64,000 nucleotides of DNA from Eledone cirrhosa (GCA_964016885.1 OZ024747.1:30380001-30444000), one strand, 5' to 3'; positions 13,223-25,254 are shown, counted from the stretch's first letter. Notes: generated by a model from the sequence alone, not told the origin. Translations and numbers: made by a program.

Positions 13223-13898
13223 ATATGTATGCATGTATTACAGGGAAGACAGACTCTGCAAACTGCAGTGAAGGTAACCTGTCTAAGAGAGCAGCAACCC
13301 TGAATAACAGACTCAGTGCAGTGGGTCTTGACAGACAACTTTTCTAGTGCTCACTTGCAATGGTAAATCACAGCCAGTTCATGCTGGAAAGGAGTTGATG
13401 ATGGGAAAGGCATCCAACCAGTAAAAGCATGCAAAAGTAATGAACAACACACATGTATATGTGTGTATGTCTATTTTGTATACAACACACATGTATGTCT
13501 ATTTCCTAATAAAATAGAAATAAAATAAGTATTATATTTCATGGCAGCCTTCTAATATGGTTACAGCCCATGGTGGAAAACATTAAAATAATAACAGTGT
13601 ATGGATATGTGTAATTATTGTAGTGCTTATAAGATATTTTAAACCACTTTCTCTTCTAGAAATTGACCTTTGCTGAAACCTCAATTGCTTTTCAAATCCA
13701 GATCTATACTATCTGTGAAATGTCGTAGGGTATATTGCCAGACAAATCAAAATATGAAATCTTTTTTTCATTATGTATCTCTATAAAGACATTTCCTGTT
13801 AATTTCATGTTAGCTGCTGTATATGTTCTAGTTATCAACTTTGCTGCCTACAGCTGAACAGTCCAAATACTGTTGAACATTTTAATATTTGAACTGGC

Positions 13899-13961
13899 TC
13901 CTTTAAGAGACTGGCTTTCAGATTTCTTAATACTCATAGTAAAACAAATCCTGAAAGGAAA
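13899..13961 (-). pseudogene. PIF1-like (Helitron-type) helicase motif relic
   Basis: The minus strand reads FPFRICFTMSIKKSESQSLKG, resembling the PIF1/Helitron motif FPxRLxFAMTINKSQGQSL. Flanks are full of stops. Confidence 0.5.
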
Positions 13962-14471
13962 TGTTAGTCCATAGAATTGAGATTTGCTGGAGGCCTACTG
14001 ACACTTGTTTTCAGGGTTCCCACTGTTGTTACTGCTATTGCTCTCACACTGTACTTGAGCAAAGTAGTATAGCGAAAGACTAAAACTTGATTTATTTTGC
14101 ATGCAGTAGTTGCTGATGGCAGAAACATTCCTTCAGGCAATATTTGACTCCCATCAAGTTACACTTCTCTTCAGTTTTGGTATTGTGTAGTTCAGTAGAA
14201 TATGATTGTAGATGTCAAAAATGTAGTTATTTATAGATTATATATATAGTTATGTATATATATATATATATATACCCACACACATATATATACATACATA
14301 CACATATATACATACATACACCCATATATATATATATACATATACATACACACATATATACATTCAAATACACATATTTAAAAAATAAATATATATATAT
14401 AGATATACACATATATATAAATATATATACACATGTATAAATATATATACATACATATATCTACATATACA

Positions 14472-14503
<32 letters not shown>

Positions 14504-14662
14504 CATATGTATATATATACATATATATATCTATATACAAATATATATACATATACATACATATATGCAAGCAGGGAAAAGCAGATGTAAAATGATGGTG
14601 ATGATGATGATATATATATATATACATGTATATCCATACATACACACACACACACACACACA

Positions 14663-14703
<41 letters not shown>

Positions 14704-15403
14704 AGAAGTTTGTAAATAGGGTGTTTTGAAGGAAAAGGGCTATTCAAAAATAGAACTAAGTTGAAAACACTTTAGTGCTTTTGAGTTGGAGAATAAATGA
14801 AGAAAAAATATAGAAAAAATAAAACTGATAAATGTGTCAAAATGTAGCTAACAAAATTATATTGATATTTCAGAGATATCTTTGTCATCATCATTACCAT
14901 CTAACATCTATTTTCAATGCTTGCATGGGTTAGACAGGCTGTCATGTATTGAGTCTAGGCAGGTCAGGTGACCACGTCTTGCTCATATGCTCAGTTTTCT
15001 ATGGTTTTATCTTCAACACAAAATGATGAAAAAAACTAATTATAAGTATAGTTGAAATACATTTTCAGCAATGAAAATTGTTGTTGTTGTTCTGGTTGTT
15101 TAACCTCAAGGTTAGTGTTGATCAAGTAGACTTATGATTAAATTTGTTCCACTCACAACCAACCCATCTTTTTCAAGAATTAGTGTATCTAGGACTACAT
15201 TCAGCAATGTGACCATCCATTTCTAATATAGTATGATAGAAATTTAATTGCTATTTTTTGGCAGGACAAGTAACGGCATAGATGTTACCTTATCATCTCA
15301 CATATACAGAGTACTCTTATTTCATTTGCAATTTACTATACACACACACGCACGCACACACATACGTGTGCCCGCACACACACGCGCGCGCACACACACA
15401 TAA

Positions 15404-15435
<32 letters not shown>

Positions 15436-15769
15436 CAAAAGTATAACTATATTATCAAATCTCAAATGTGAGCAGAGAAATAGACTTATAGAGTGTAATT
15501 ACCAGTTTCAACGCAAACGACTGTACAATGAAGAAACATATTGTTAGTTTAACATTTGATATAATAGGATAGAGTCTTAACGTTTCGGATACTAGTCTGT
15601 CATCAGATCAGAAAATAGAATGAGAAATTAAAGAAGAAATAGAAAGATAGAGGATAATGGGCAGTGGCAGAAACCAAATAAAATTATTTAGAAAAATCAG
15701 GTCTATTCACATTGCCATCTTTTGGAAAACTCACCCTACTGTTGTAATGAGTTACTACTGGTGCCACAA

Positions 15770-16042
15770 TAAAACACACCCAGCCCACTCTGTAAAGTGG
15801 TAGTCTTGCTGCCACTAGGAAAAGCACTCAGTACACCCTGTAATGTGGTAGTGCCAGAGTTATGATAAATTGTTCTCATGCTGTCAAGTTGTTGTCATTA
15901 AGAAGACCATCTAATCATTAGAACCAAGCTCAAATGGAGCATACAAGGATGATGAGGTTACCTGACTGGTCTAGTCTCAGCATATGACAACCCATCTAAC
16001 CCATGCAAGCATGGAAAATAGACGTTATGCGATGATGATGAT
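15770..16042 (+). mobile_element. Old RTE-tailed repeat (SINE or 3'UTR) with (GAT)n tail
   Basis: Ends aacccatgcaagcatggaaaatagacgttatgcgatgatg and has internal cactctgtaaagtggt-type repeats. Confidence 0.6.
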
Positions 16043-16743
16043 ACATATATACTGATGTAATAAGCAATTCACTTCTCTATTTTCCTTTACTGGACTAAAT
16101 TGTTAAATCAAATGTTGGAATGTATACACACATGTACTCATAATCAGTAAAGTTTTTAACTTATACTCCTATGACTGTAGTGGAATCTTTTGAAACTACA
16201 TTAAGAGAAAGTATGAATGAAGCCAATAGCTAAAGAACAATACTTTGTTTCCTTTATCCAGTACTTAAACAATCTAACTTATATACATGAACTAATGTTC
16301 AGGTTTAAGTTCATTACCAAATTCCTGGACAAGTAAATTCAAGTAAGTCATATGAACATTTATTCTTAATTACTTTCACTTGTAGCTCTTTCATTCTTTC
16401 ACTTCTTCCAAACCTCCACCTTCCCCAATTCCTTTAAATAAGCTTGTCACTTTCATTTGCCATTTGTTGTTAAGTTTAGATAATGCTATTAAAAGCAGCT
16501 TAAGTTGCAGAAGGCCATATTACTGATTCTAGGAATCACCTATATATATTGCAAATGTTGATCAGATTCAGCAAGCAACTATCTCTTACCATTAGCATTA
16601 TCTTCTCTATGCTGTGGCATCAATTAGCTTTTAGAAGTCAGTCTGTCCAGTTTTGATCTCTTCTGCACAGGCATCATAGCCTCCTTCACATTTCTGCTTT
16701 ACTCTACAACATAAGAATCCACATGAGGCTTATGTGTGATTCG

Positions 16744-16789
<46 letters not shown>

Positions 16790-16796
<7 letters not shown>

Positions 16797-17480
16797 ACAA
16801 ATGCAGCAACTTCTACGTAGGTAGCACCACCAGACCACTCCACATAAGAATAAAAGAACACCTTAATACTAATGCTTCCTCATTTAAGAAACACCTAGTT
16901 AAATGCAAAAACACCGACAAAATCATAACAGTTAGGATAGAAACTAAGGAAAGAAACCTCGGCAATCTTAGAATTAAGGAAGCACTAATTATAGACAAAA
17001 CACAACCACCAATCAATAATAGACTAGAACACCCAATTTATAACTTGATAGAGCTTCTAGCCCCATATTTACCCCCCCCCCCCCCCACACACACTTACAC
17101 CTCCACTTATTCTATCTCACACACACACACAAAGACCAGTTCTAACACAAGATAACAGCTATCCCCCACATTTACGTATAGACATATCTTCTCATACTCA
17201 CACACACACACACACTCACATACTTACACCTTCATGCATTCTCCCACACACTTAAACAGGCATGTACAAAAAAAAACCTTTTAAAGGGAGACTACTCTTT
17301 ATCCACCTAACCTTAACTCTTTGACATTAGAGATAGAACAGATACTCTATACTATTTCCTGTCAGCATGACTTGGCAAGCTATTTAGAACACTGGTTTAA
17401 CCGCTTTACTTCCCTCCGAAGAAGAGATATTATCTCGAAAATCAAGGACATTTAAATAAATCTAAGGTAAAAGACTAATT
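16790..17480 (+). mobile_element. PLE 3' fragment: GIY-YIG endonuclease plus 3' region
   Basis: CDKCSNFYVGSTTRPLHIRIKEH...LRIKEALII...PPIN, with a degenerate hammerhead cCGAAGA-agagat att atctc-GAAA at 17416-17440. Confidence 0.8.
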
Positions 17481-17606
17481 GTCAACAATATCTTTTGCAT
17501 TTGCATTCTTTATTCTATGTCCATACCTGCATTGTTTTAGGTTTATTATACATATATATATATATATGTATGTATGTATGTATATATATATATATATACA
17601 TGTATG

Positions 17607-17920
17607 TATCATCATCATCATTTTACGTCCGCTTTTCCCTGCTTGCAAGGGTAGGACGGGAACTGATTCTGGCTTGATTTCTACAGCTGGATGCCCTTCC
17701 TAACACCAACCTCATTTACAGTGAGTGCTGGGTGCTTTTTTGCCGTGGCACCTCCACGACCACTTTGCAGTGGAATGATAGGGACCCCAGTCCCTATCAT
17801 CTCATTTCTACAGCTGAGTAAACTGGAGCAATGTGAAATAAAGTGTCTTGCTCAAGGAAACAACACATCACCCGGTCTGAGAATTGAACTCACAACTTTT
17901 CGATTGCAAGGCCAATGCTC
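17607..17920 (-). mobile_element. tRNA-derived SINE family B (RTE-type tail), 5' clipped
   Basis: Near-identical to the copies at 19035-19374 and 31868-32200. Confidence 0.85.
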
Positions 17921-17932
17921 TATGTATGTATG

Positions 17933-17971
<39 letters not shown>

Positions 17972-17972
17972 G

Positions 17973-18046
<74 letters not shown>

Positions 18047-18329
18047 AGATCACCAGTTGGTGCTACTGGTAACATGTATCCCAGTACAACCTGTCTCATG
18101 GTCGGGTCGTTGGCGACTAAACTGGCAACCCCACCAAGGTTTCTTGGTGAGGAGGGTGACTTTGGACATCCTGCAGGACTAAAAACAAAACCTGTCAAAA
18201 GGTCAAAAGGCAAAGGAGCTCTTAAGAGCATCTTAAGATGACCCCTTAGCCTTTGTCAAGGCAGAATTCTAGGAGAAAGAAAACTTTGATATAACACCTG
18301 CAACCCTGATGGTATCCAATGATGTTGAC

Positions 18330-18640
18330 TTGTTCTTCTTTTTGATAAATATCATCTTGGTTAAGAGAGTGGGACTGGCTTTGTGCAGTGCCTTGCTCAC
18401 TATAAAAGCTTCACGGCACAGGCATTGCTTTATATCTGGAGATCTCTCTGCACTTGTCGTCACATGGTGCCATGGGCCAAGCACTATGTGTCAATAATTG
18501 TCACAGGTGTAGTGTTTGTACCAGAGTTTTCAAGTCGCTGGCTGGACTAAAAAGTCACACTTGTTTAGTGCATCGGTAGGGGTTCTCCTACATGGATATA
18601 AAGTAGTGGCCGTACTCGAAAATGTGTTGGCAGCCACCAT
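18330..18640 (+). mobile_element. Probable RTE-type LINE 3' fragment with C-terminal C2H2 finger
   Basis: About 18502-18560 reads [19 protein letters not shown], typical of the terminal zinc finger of some RTE ORFs. Confidence 0.5.
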
Positions 18641-18655
18641 ATATATATATATATG

Positions 18656-18728
<73 letters not shown>

Positions 18729-18730
<2 letters not shown>

Positions 18731-19010
18731 TGATTCTGGCTTGATTTCTACAGCTGGATGCCCTTCCTAACACCAACCCCATTTACAGTGAGTGGTGGGC
18801 GCTTTTTTGCTGTGGCACCTCAACGACCACTTTGCAGTGGAATGATATGGACCCCAGTCCCTATCATCTCATTTCTACAGCTGAGTAAACTGGAGCAATG
18901 TGAAATAAAGTGTCTTGCTCAAGGAAACAACACATCACCCGGTCCGAGAATTGAACTCACAACCTTTCGATTGCAAGGCCAATGCTCTAACCACTAAGCC
19001 ATGTGCCTCC
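18729..19010 (-). mobile_element. tRNA-derived SINE family B (tail lost)
   Basis: Reverse complement of the 19035 copy, with A box TGGCTTAGTGG and B box GAGTTCAATTC. Confidence 0.85.
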
Positions 19011-19034
19011 ATATGTTTTATTATATATATTTCA

Positions 19035-19374
19035 TGGAGGCACATGGCTTAGTGGTTAGAGCATTGGCCTTGCAATCGAAAGGTTGTGAGTTCAATTCTC
19101 AGACCGGGTGATGTGTTGTTTCCTTGAGCAAGACATTTTATTTCACATTGCTCCAGTTTACTCAGCTGTAGAAATGAGATGATAGGGCCCTAGTCCCTAT
19201 CATTCCACTGCAAAGTGGTCGTGGAGGTGCCACGGCAAAAAAGCACCCAGCACTCACTGTAAATGAGGTTGGTGTTAGGAAGGGCATCCAGCTGTAGAAA
19301 TCAAGCCAGAATCAGTTCCCGTCCCACCCTTGCAAGCAGGGAAAAAGCGGACATAAAATGAAAAAATGAAATGA
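19035..19374 (+). mobile_element. tRNA-derived SINE family B, full length, inserted in a fold-back element
   Basis: Pol III A box TGGCTTAGTGG, B box GAGTTCAATTC, central gtgttgtttccttgagcaagac and RTE-like tail. Apparent short target duplication atttca. Confidence 0.85.
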
Positions 19375-19536
19375 TTTCAAAGGTACTGTGCTGTTTTTTC
19401 AGTACGTCCTCGTCAGATAAAATACATGCATTGATGTATGACATACCTCAACGGTCTTAATGGTTAAATTCCAGTATTGACAGTACTGCAATTGAACCAT
19501 CAAGACGTTGGGGTATGTCATACATCAATTCATGTA

Positions 19537-19598
19537 TTTTATCTGACGAGGATGTACTGAAAAAACAGCACAGTACCTTTGAAATATATATAATAAAA
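19537..19598 (+). ncRNA. Putative minimal type I hammerhead ribozyme
   Basis: TTTTAT-CTGACGA-[ggatgtactg..cagtaccttt]-GAAA-TATATA-TA-ATAAAA. Confidence 0.7.
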
Positions 19599-19928
19599 CA
19601 TATATTTTGATTATGTGAATGTCTTCATTTATTGATATTTTGAGTAATATATATATATATGCTTACAGTCAGTAAGCACTTCTTAACCCAATGTACACCC
19701 CACCCCACACACCCAACCCATCCTCCCTTTCCCATTCCGTCCACTGTGTCAATGACACAATAGTCTCCACTTTAAATGTTGTTGTTGGGAGGGGCTCCAG
19801 CTGTAAAAACCTGCCAGAGACACTTCCGTGTGAGCTAGACACAGTCTTCTGACCAGTCCCGCATCAAATGAAACAAAACCGTCTAACCCATGATAGCCTG
19901 GAAGATGGACGTTAAACGATGATGATGA

Positions 19929-19967
<39 letters not shown>

Positions 19968-20014
19968 CAATATATATATATATATAAATATGATTTATAT
20001 ATAAATATAATATA

Positions 20015-22720
20015 TCATCATCATCATCATCATCAGCGTTTAACGTCCGTGTTCCACGCTTGCATGGGTTTGGACGGGGGTAGTCCCACTTGAGGCAAGA
20101 GTGATTGTCTTGCTCGCATAGGACTGTCTGGCAGGTTTTCTACAGTTGGATGCCCTTCCTAACACCAACCACATTTACAGTGTGGGTCTGGGAGGTTTTT
20201 ACCGTGTTGCCTACACGGCCACATTACAGCGTGGACTGTGTGTTTTTTTGTCGTGACACCTACACGATCTCATTTGTTTCGGCCTCGATGGCGCGGCACC
20301 AACATAACTTTACATAGAACGGGGTGGTGTGGATCGGGTGGGGGTGGTGGGACGGGGTGTATTTGTTAGAGATGCCTACTGGCTGGAGTAGGTTTTACTA
20401 TATATTTAGGTAAGGCGGGTCTTCTCTGTTACTGAGTACCGCCAAAGGTCTCGGTCCAGTGACATTGTCTTGGAGAGGTGTAAGTGTGTGATGTCGGAGT
20501 TTATCAGCTCGTCCCAGGTTTTTCTAGGTCTGCCTATTCCGTGACTACCGTCTATCTTTATTGCCCTGCACTTTGTTATACAGCTATCGACTTTCATGCG
20601 CATCACGTGTCCATACCAACGTAGCCTTCTCTCGAGTAAACAACATCTGATCCCTCTTATCTCTAATTTATTCCTTAGTTCGTTTATGCTTTGCCGTTCA
20701 CGTATATTACTGTTACACATCCAGCGGAGCATGCAAGCTTCGTTCCTCTCTAGTCTGCGTATATCCTCTGCACACAATGCCCAGGTCTCACTGCCATGCA
20801 GCATTGCTGTTCGTATGCAGGCATCGTACAACCTGCCTTTCATTTTTAGTGAGAACCCTTTAGCAGCTAATAGTGGTATAAGCTCTCTGAACTTTTTCCA
20901 ACCAGTTCTGACTCTAGCTACAGTACTTTCAGAGCACCCTCCCCCACTGCTGATTTTATCGCCCAGGTAACGGAAGCTGTCCACTATTTCTATAGAACCC
21001 TCTGCGCAATTGAAAGAGCTAGTAGTTTGTGGGCACTTGCTGCTACTTATTGCACCAGAGCACCGGCCACATGTAAAATCTATGTTCTTAGTTAGCCTAC
21101 CTGTGATCCCACTACATCTTTTATGCACCCATACTTTGCATTTAGGACATAAAATGGAGTTTCTACCTACGCCTTTCCTACACACCGAGCACGACCATTT
21201 CCCAGAAGGGACCGCCGCCTTGTTTTCTTTCCTACAAACTAGTACTTTGGTCTTAGCCAGGTTAATTTTAAGTCCTTTTGACTCTAGGCCGTGCTTCCAT
21301 GTTTGGAATTTCTTCTCTAGCTCGGCCATTGATTCCGCTATGAGTGTCAGGTCGTCTGCGTATAGGAGTTCCCATGGGCAGCCTGTCTTGAACTCCTCTG
21401 TTATGGCCTGAAGGGCGATAATAAATAGTAGTGGACTGAGAACAGAGCCCTGATGGACGCCGACTTTTACGCTAAACTCTTCACTATATTCGTTGTTAAT
21501 TCTAACCTTGCTGACTGTTTCTTTATACATGGCTTGTATAGCCCTCACAAGCCATTCGTCAACGCCTAGTTTTCTAAGAGCCCACCAGATAATGGAGCGG
21601 GGGACTCTGTCGAAGGCTTTCTCCAAGTCGACAAAAGCTAAGTAGAGGGGTTTACCTTTAGCTAGGTACTTCTCTTGTAGTTGTCGTACTATGAAAAGAG
21701 CGTCTGTGGTACTTTTGCCTGACACAAACCCGAACTGCATTTCATCTAGGTCAATTCTCTCTCTGATTAGTTGCGCTATTACTCTTTCCGTGACCTTCAT
21801 GACCTGGTCGATTAATTTAATGCCTCTATAGTTACTCCTATCTAGGGCGTCTCCTTTACCCTTATAACAGTTAACGATGATGCTGCTATGCCAGTCCTTC
21901 GGAACAACCCCGTTTTGTACGACTTGGTTAACTATGCGGGTGACCATGGTGTGTCCCACCGTGCCAGATGCCTTCAGCATCTCAGCAACTATTTCCGAAG
22001 GCCCAGCCGCCTTACCAGTCTTCATATCCTTGATTGCCTTACTTATTATACTCCCCTCGACTAACACTGCTGGTCCCTCTATTGGGTCGATATGGGGGAG
22101 ACTGCCTTTCTCCCAATTATTCTCCTCATTTAGAAGCCTTTCATAGTGACACTTCCAAGCTACCTTCTTATCAGCGTCGGTGATGGCAAGTGTGCCATCG
22201 TCGTTTAGTACACACTTCTCCCCGACAATATCACGGTTCTCCTTGACGCATTGCCTAGCAATCCTGAACACCTCACGTTTTTGGTCATCGCGTTGTAGAA
22301 CATGCTTGAACTTTCTTTCCTCAGCTTCCCTTCTTGCTAAGTACACTTGTCTCCTAGCTTCCCTCCTGGCCACTTGATAGTCCTCTCTACTTCCCCCATC
22401 CCGCCATACTTTCCAAGCCTGCTTTTTGGCCTTAATTGACCCCTCCACCTTACTGTTCCACCACCATGTTACTCTCCTCCTGCCTACAGGCCTGCTCCAG
22501 CCACAGACCTCGTCTGTCGCCAACAGCAGGTTTGCTTTCAGAAATTCCCACTCTCCCTCTATATTGTCCGACTCTAAATGTTCTTCCTTACTGTCGAAAG
22601 CATCAAGTAATATGCTTTGAAATTTATTCCTGGCTGTGGGGTCCTTTAACTTCCATATTTTCCTCCTGAGGATAGTCCTCTTCTGTTGTCGAGTACGTCT
22701 CGTCCTGACTATGAGGTCGC
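20015..22720 (-). mobile_element. RTE-clade LINE, 5'-truncated, with probable 390-nt 3'UTR and (GAT)n tail, set in TA repeats
   Basis: Long RT ORF followed by sequence that recurs in many truncated copies across the window. Confidence 0.9.
20406..22523 (-). CDS. RTE reverse transcriptase (uninterrupted 705 aa; endonuclease missing by truncation)
   Basis: KGKGD..NYRGIKL, QFGF, AFVDLEKAFDRVPR, GVHQGSVLSPLLF, LLYADDL, FRYLG, RLRWYGHV and GRPRKTW, plus a Cys/His-rich PHD-like insert (CSVC..CPKCKVWVHKRC..CGRC). Confidence 0.92.
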   Translation of the reverse strand: MATDEVCGWSRPVGRRRVTWWWNSKVEGSIKAKKQAWKVWRDGGSREDYQVARREARRQVYLARREAEERKFKHVLQRDDQKREVFRIARQCVKENRDIVGEKCVLNDDGTLAITDADKKVAWKCHYERLLNEENNWEKGSLPHIDPIEGPAVLVEGSIISKAIKDMKTGKAAGPSEIVAEMLKASGTVGHTMVTRIVNQVVQNGVVPKDWHSSIIVNCYKGKGDALDRSNYRGIKLIDQVMKVTERVIAQLIRERIDLDEMQFGFVSGKSTTDALFIVRQLQEKYLAKGKPLYLAFVDLEKAFDRVPRSIIWWALRKLGVDEWLVRAIQAMYKETVSKVRINNEYSEEFSVKVGVHQGSVLSPLLFIIALQAITEEFKTGCPWELLYADDLTLIAESMAELEKKFQTWKHGLESKGLKINLAKTKVLVCRKENKAAVPSGKWSCSVCRKGVGRNSILCPKCKVWVHKRCSGITGRLTKNIDFTCGRCSGAISSSKCPQTTSSFNCAEGSIEIVDSFRYLGDKISSGGGCSESTVARVRTGWKKFRELIPLLAAKGFSLKMKGRLYDACIRTAMLHGSETWALCAEDIRRLERNEACMLRWMCNSNIRERQSINELRNKLEIRGIRCCLLERRLRWYGHVMRMKVDSCITKCRAIKIDGSHGIGRPRKTWDELINSDITHLHLSKTMSLDRDLWRYSVTEKTRLT

Positions 22721-22786
22721 TAAATATAATATATATATATAAATATAATAAATATATATATACTAAATATAATATATATAAATATA

Positions 22787-22845
<59 letters not shown>

Positions 22846-22851
<6 letters not shown>

Positions 22852-23718
22852 TAAAAGGAATTCCAACTTTGTCTGATTTACTCATTTTATTTACAATCCT
22901 TTAAAATTATAATGATATTATAATGAAAGTGGATTGGCAGTATCGGTAGAGGGTCGGACGCCATGCTTTCCAGCATAGTTACGTCCCTTTACGATCTGAG
23001 TTCAAATCCCACCGAGGTTGACTTTGCCTTTCATCCTTACGGGGTCGATAAAATAAAGTACCAGTAATGCACTGGGTAAGTTGCTGGCCTTGTGCCTAAA
23101 GTAGAAACAATTATAATGAAATAGTATGGTAGAATATTAAATGTTAATTGTTAATTGAACAAGTACTTTCATGCTTTCACAATGTTCAGGTTCATATTCA
23201 GTGGTGACAGTCAAGTTTGCAATTTTCAACTGTAATGAGATGGCTAAAGTATGTGCCTTATATACAGTAAAATGGGGCTACAGAATATTAAGTTTTGCAA
23301 ACTGTATTTCGACCAATCGGTGTGTGGTTTCACTAGATTACTAAAGCTGATTGCTTTAGGCATCACAGTTGGTTGAGCATGTCTAACGACTTCTATTTGA
23401 CCCTATCCAAAGCATCAATTGATTGCTATTTTCAGAAATGATGAAACCACACATCGATTGGTTGCAAAACTTAATATTCTGTAGCCCCTTTTTACTGTAT
23501 ATAAGGCACATACTTTAGCCATCTCATTACAGTTGAAAATTGCAAACTTGACTGTCACCACTGAATATGAACCTGAACATTGCGAAAGCATGAAAGTACT
23601 TGTTCAATTAACATTTAATATTCTATCATATTATTTCATTATAATATCATTATAATTTTAAAGGATTGTAAATAAAACGAGTAAATCAGACAAAGTTAGA
23701 ATTCCTTTTATTAATATA
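22846..23718. mobile_element. Non-autonomous foldback/MITE-like element with about 280-bp terminal inverted repeats
   Basis: 22846-23332 (excluding the SINE) is the reverse complement of 23442-23718, with a spacer of about 110 bp, TA-flanked ends (tattaataaaaggaatt) and no ORF. Confidence 0.8.
22929..23109 (+). mobile_element. tRNA-derived SINE family A with 12-bp TSD
   Basis: B box GAGTTCAAATC; TSD attataatgaaa at 22917-22928 and 23110-23121; absent from the partner TIR arm. Confidence 0.92.
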
Positions 23719-23750
23719 ATCTTCTATACACAATCATACACACCCGTGTA

Positions 23751-23806
<56 letters not shown>

Positions 23807-23864
23807 AGAGTCAGGACCCCGACGGCTTAGCTCCGGCCGTTTCGACAGCTAGATCCAAACTAAC

Positions 23865-23990
23865 CCAGCATTAAACTGTTTGTGGTTTTCCTCAGCCCAT
23901 TTGTATATGGCATCCAGATCTTGTTGTAAAAGGGCAGCATCAGCCAGGTTTTTGATTGCCTGTGCTACCTTTGTGTCATCAGTATAGTTA
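23865..23990 (-). pseudogene. CR1/L2-type RT fragment
   Basis: Reads YTDDTKVAQAIKNLADAALLQQDLDAIYKWAEENHKQFN. Confidence 0.7.
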
Positions 23991-24339
23991 TATATATATA
24001 TAGCAATTTATGAATAAAGAGTGAATGATTATAGCGTTTATACAAATGAAAATCTTCCTGGAAAATAAATATTCCATTTCTCAATTTCTTTTATTTTTAC
24101 TTCTCAAATTGTCATTAACTTTAATACTATAATTGTAATGTTTGAGCAACAGTAATCTTATGAAGCATTTTAGGCGAATGCCACTGTAGTGAATCATATT
24201 GCTATCCATCTATATCTATTTGTTTATTTATTTGTTTTATGTAATTTTGTTTCAAGTTAATAAATATGTTTAAAATTAATGTTCATTCATTATTTTTTTT
24301 AGCAACGTGAAATAAAAAAAAAAATTAATGCTTCATTTT

Positions 24340-24520
24340 TGTATTTGTTTTGCAAGATTTCTTATCTGAAAACTTGAGTTGAAACAGATATAGTTATACT
24401 TTGGGAGGGTTATGTTCCCCATAAAAACACACACCCATTTTGGATTTCCCTTCAATTTATTATAAACTCTCAGTTGTTTAGTTTGATAACCAGATGGTTG
24501 TTTAGTTGTTAAAATTAATA
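24340..24520 (-). mobile_element. PLE-associated terminal module fragment
   Basis: gttatactttgggaggg...aaacacacacccattttgg resembles 13030-13141 and 25200-25340. Confidence 0.5.
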
Positions 24521-25254
24521 GTTTCTCTTACAACGATACCCTTGACAAAAGACAAGGTGAGGATCATGTTTGCCACTGTCTCCCTTTCCCTACGACCCCT
24601 TGCAACTGTTTATACTTGTGTATGTGCATGTAGAATTTCACACACATAAGTATACCTGCTTGTATTCCTCAGTACATGCACACTCACATCTTTACAATTC
24701 CAACAGAGATGCCAGGTTAGTCATGGTCTGAAGCACAAACCCTTCTAGCTTTGCACAAACAAATATTAAAATACACACACATACACATGTCCACTCAAAA
24801 TACACAACGATTATCTCCCTTTCAAAACCTCTAATATCTGAGATACATTCTGACCAGCACTTCATATATTCACACTACAGAATCAACATGACACACTGTG
24901 TGACAGGTACAATTCATCTAACAGGTTTCAGCACAGTTCCCAATTTCACTCATATGTCTTGGACTGGCATGAAGCTATGATGTAAGACACTTGTTAAATA
25001 TGCTTTAGGGTGGGATTTAGTAATTCCAAGCTAAATGCTTGGAATTACTATTAAATCAAAAGTAGGATGATATATATATATATAAAATAAACACATCAAA
25101 CAATTACAGGGGATAATTTGTATATATAATTATATATATAATTATATATATATATATATATAATTATATATATAATTATATATATATATATATATAGCGG
25201 CGATGAATTAGTTTAGCGAGGTTTTTTATATGAAATCGTGTGTCGAAACAAATA

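Larger units (their letters stand above)
19011..19603. repeat. Imperfect fold-back element (centre about 19480) with the left arm split by a SINE
   Basis: 19375-19477 pairs with 19483-19585 with several mismatches, and 19011-19034 is the reverse complement of 19580-19603. Confidence 0.9.

Noticed and set aside
12033-18782. Many 60-130-aa ORFs rich in YI/HT/CV repeats (also at 7.4, 32.1, 47.2 and 51.4 kb)
   Set aside because: These are translations of (TA)n/(CA)n microsatellites, which lack stops in some frames, and carry no protein signal.
19035-19110. tRNA gene
   Set aside because: It has A and B boxes but no proper acceptor or anticodon stems, and it continues into a multi-copy SINE body.
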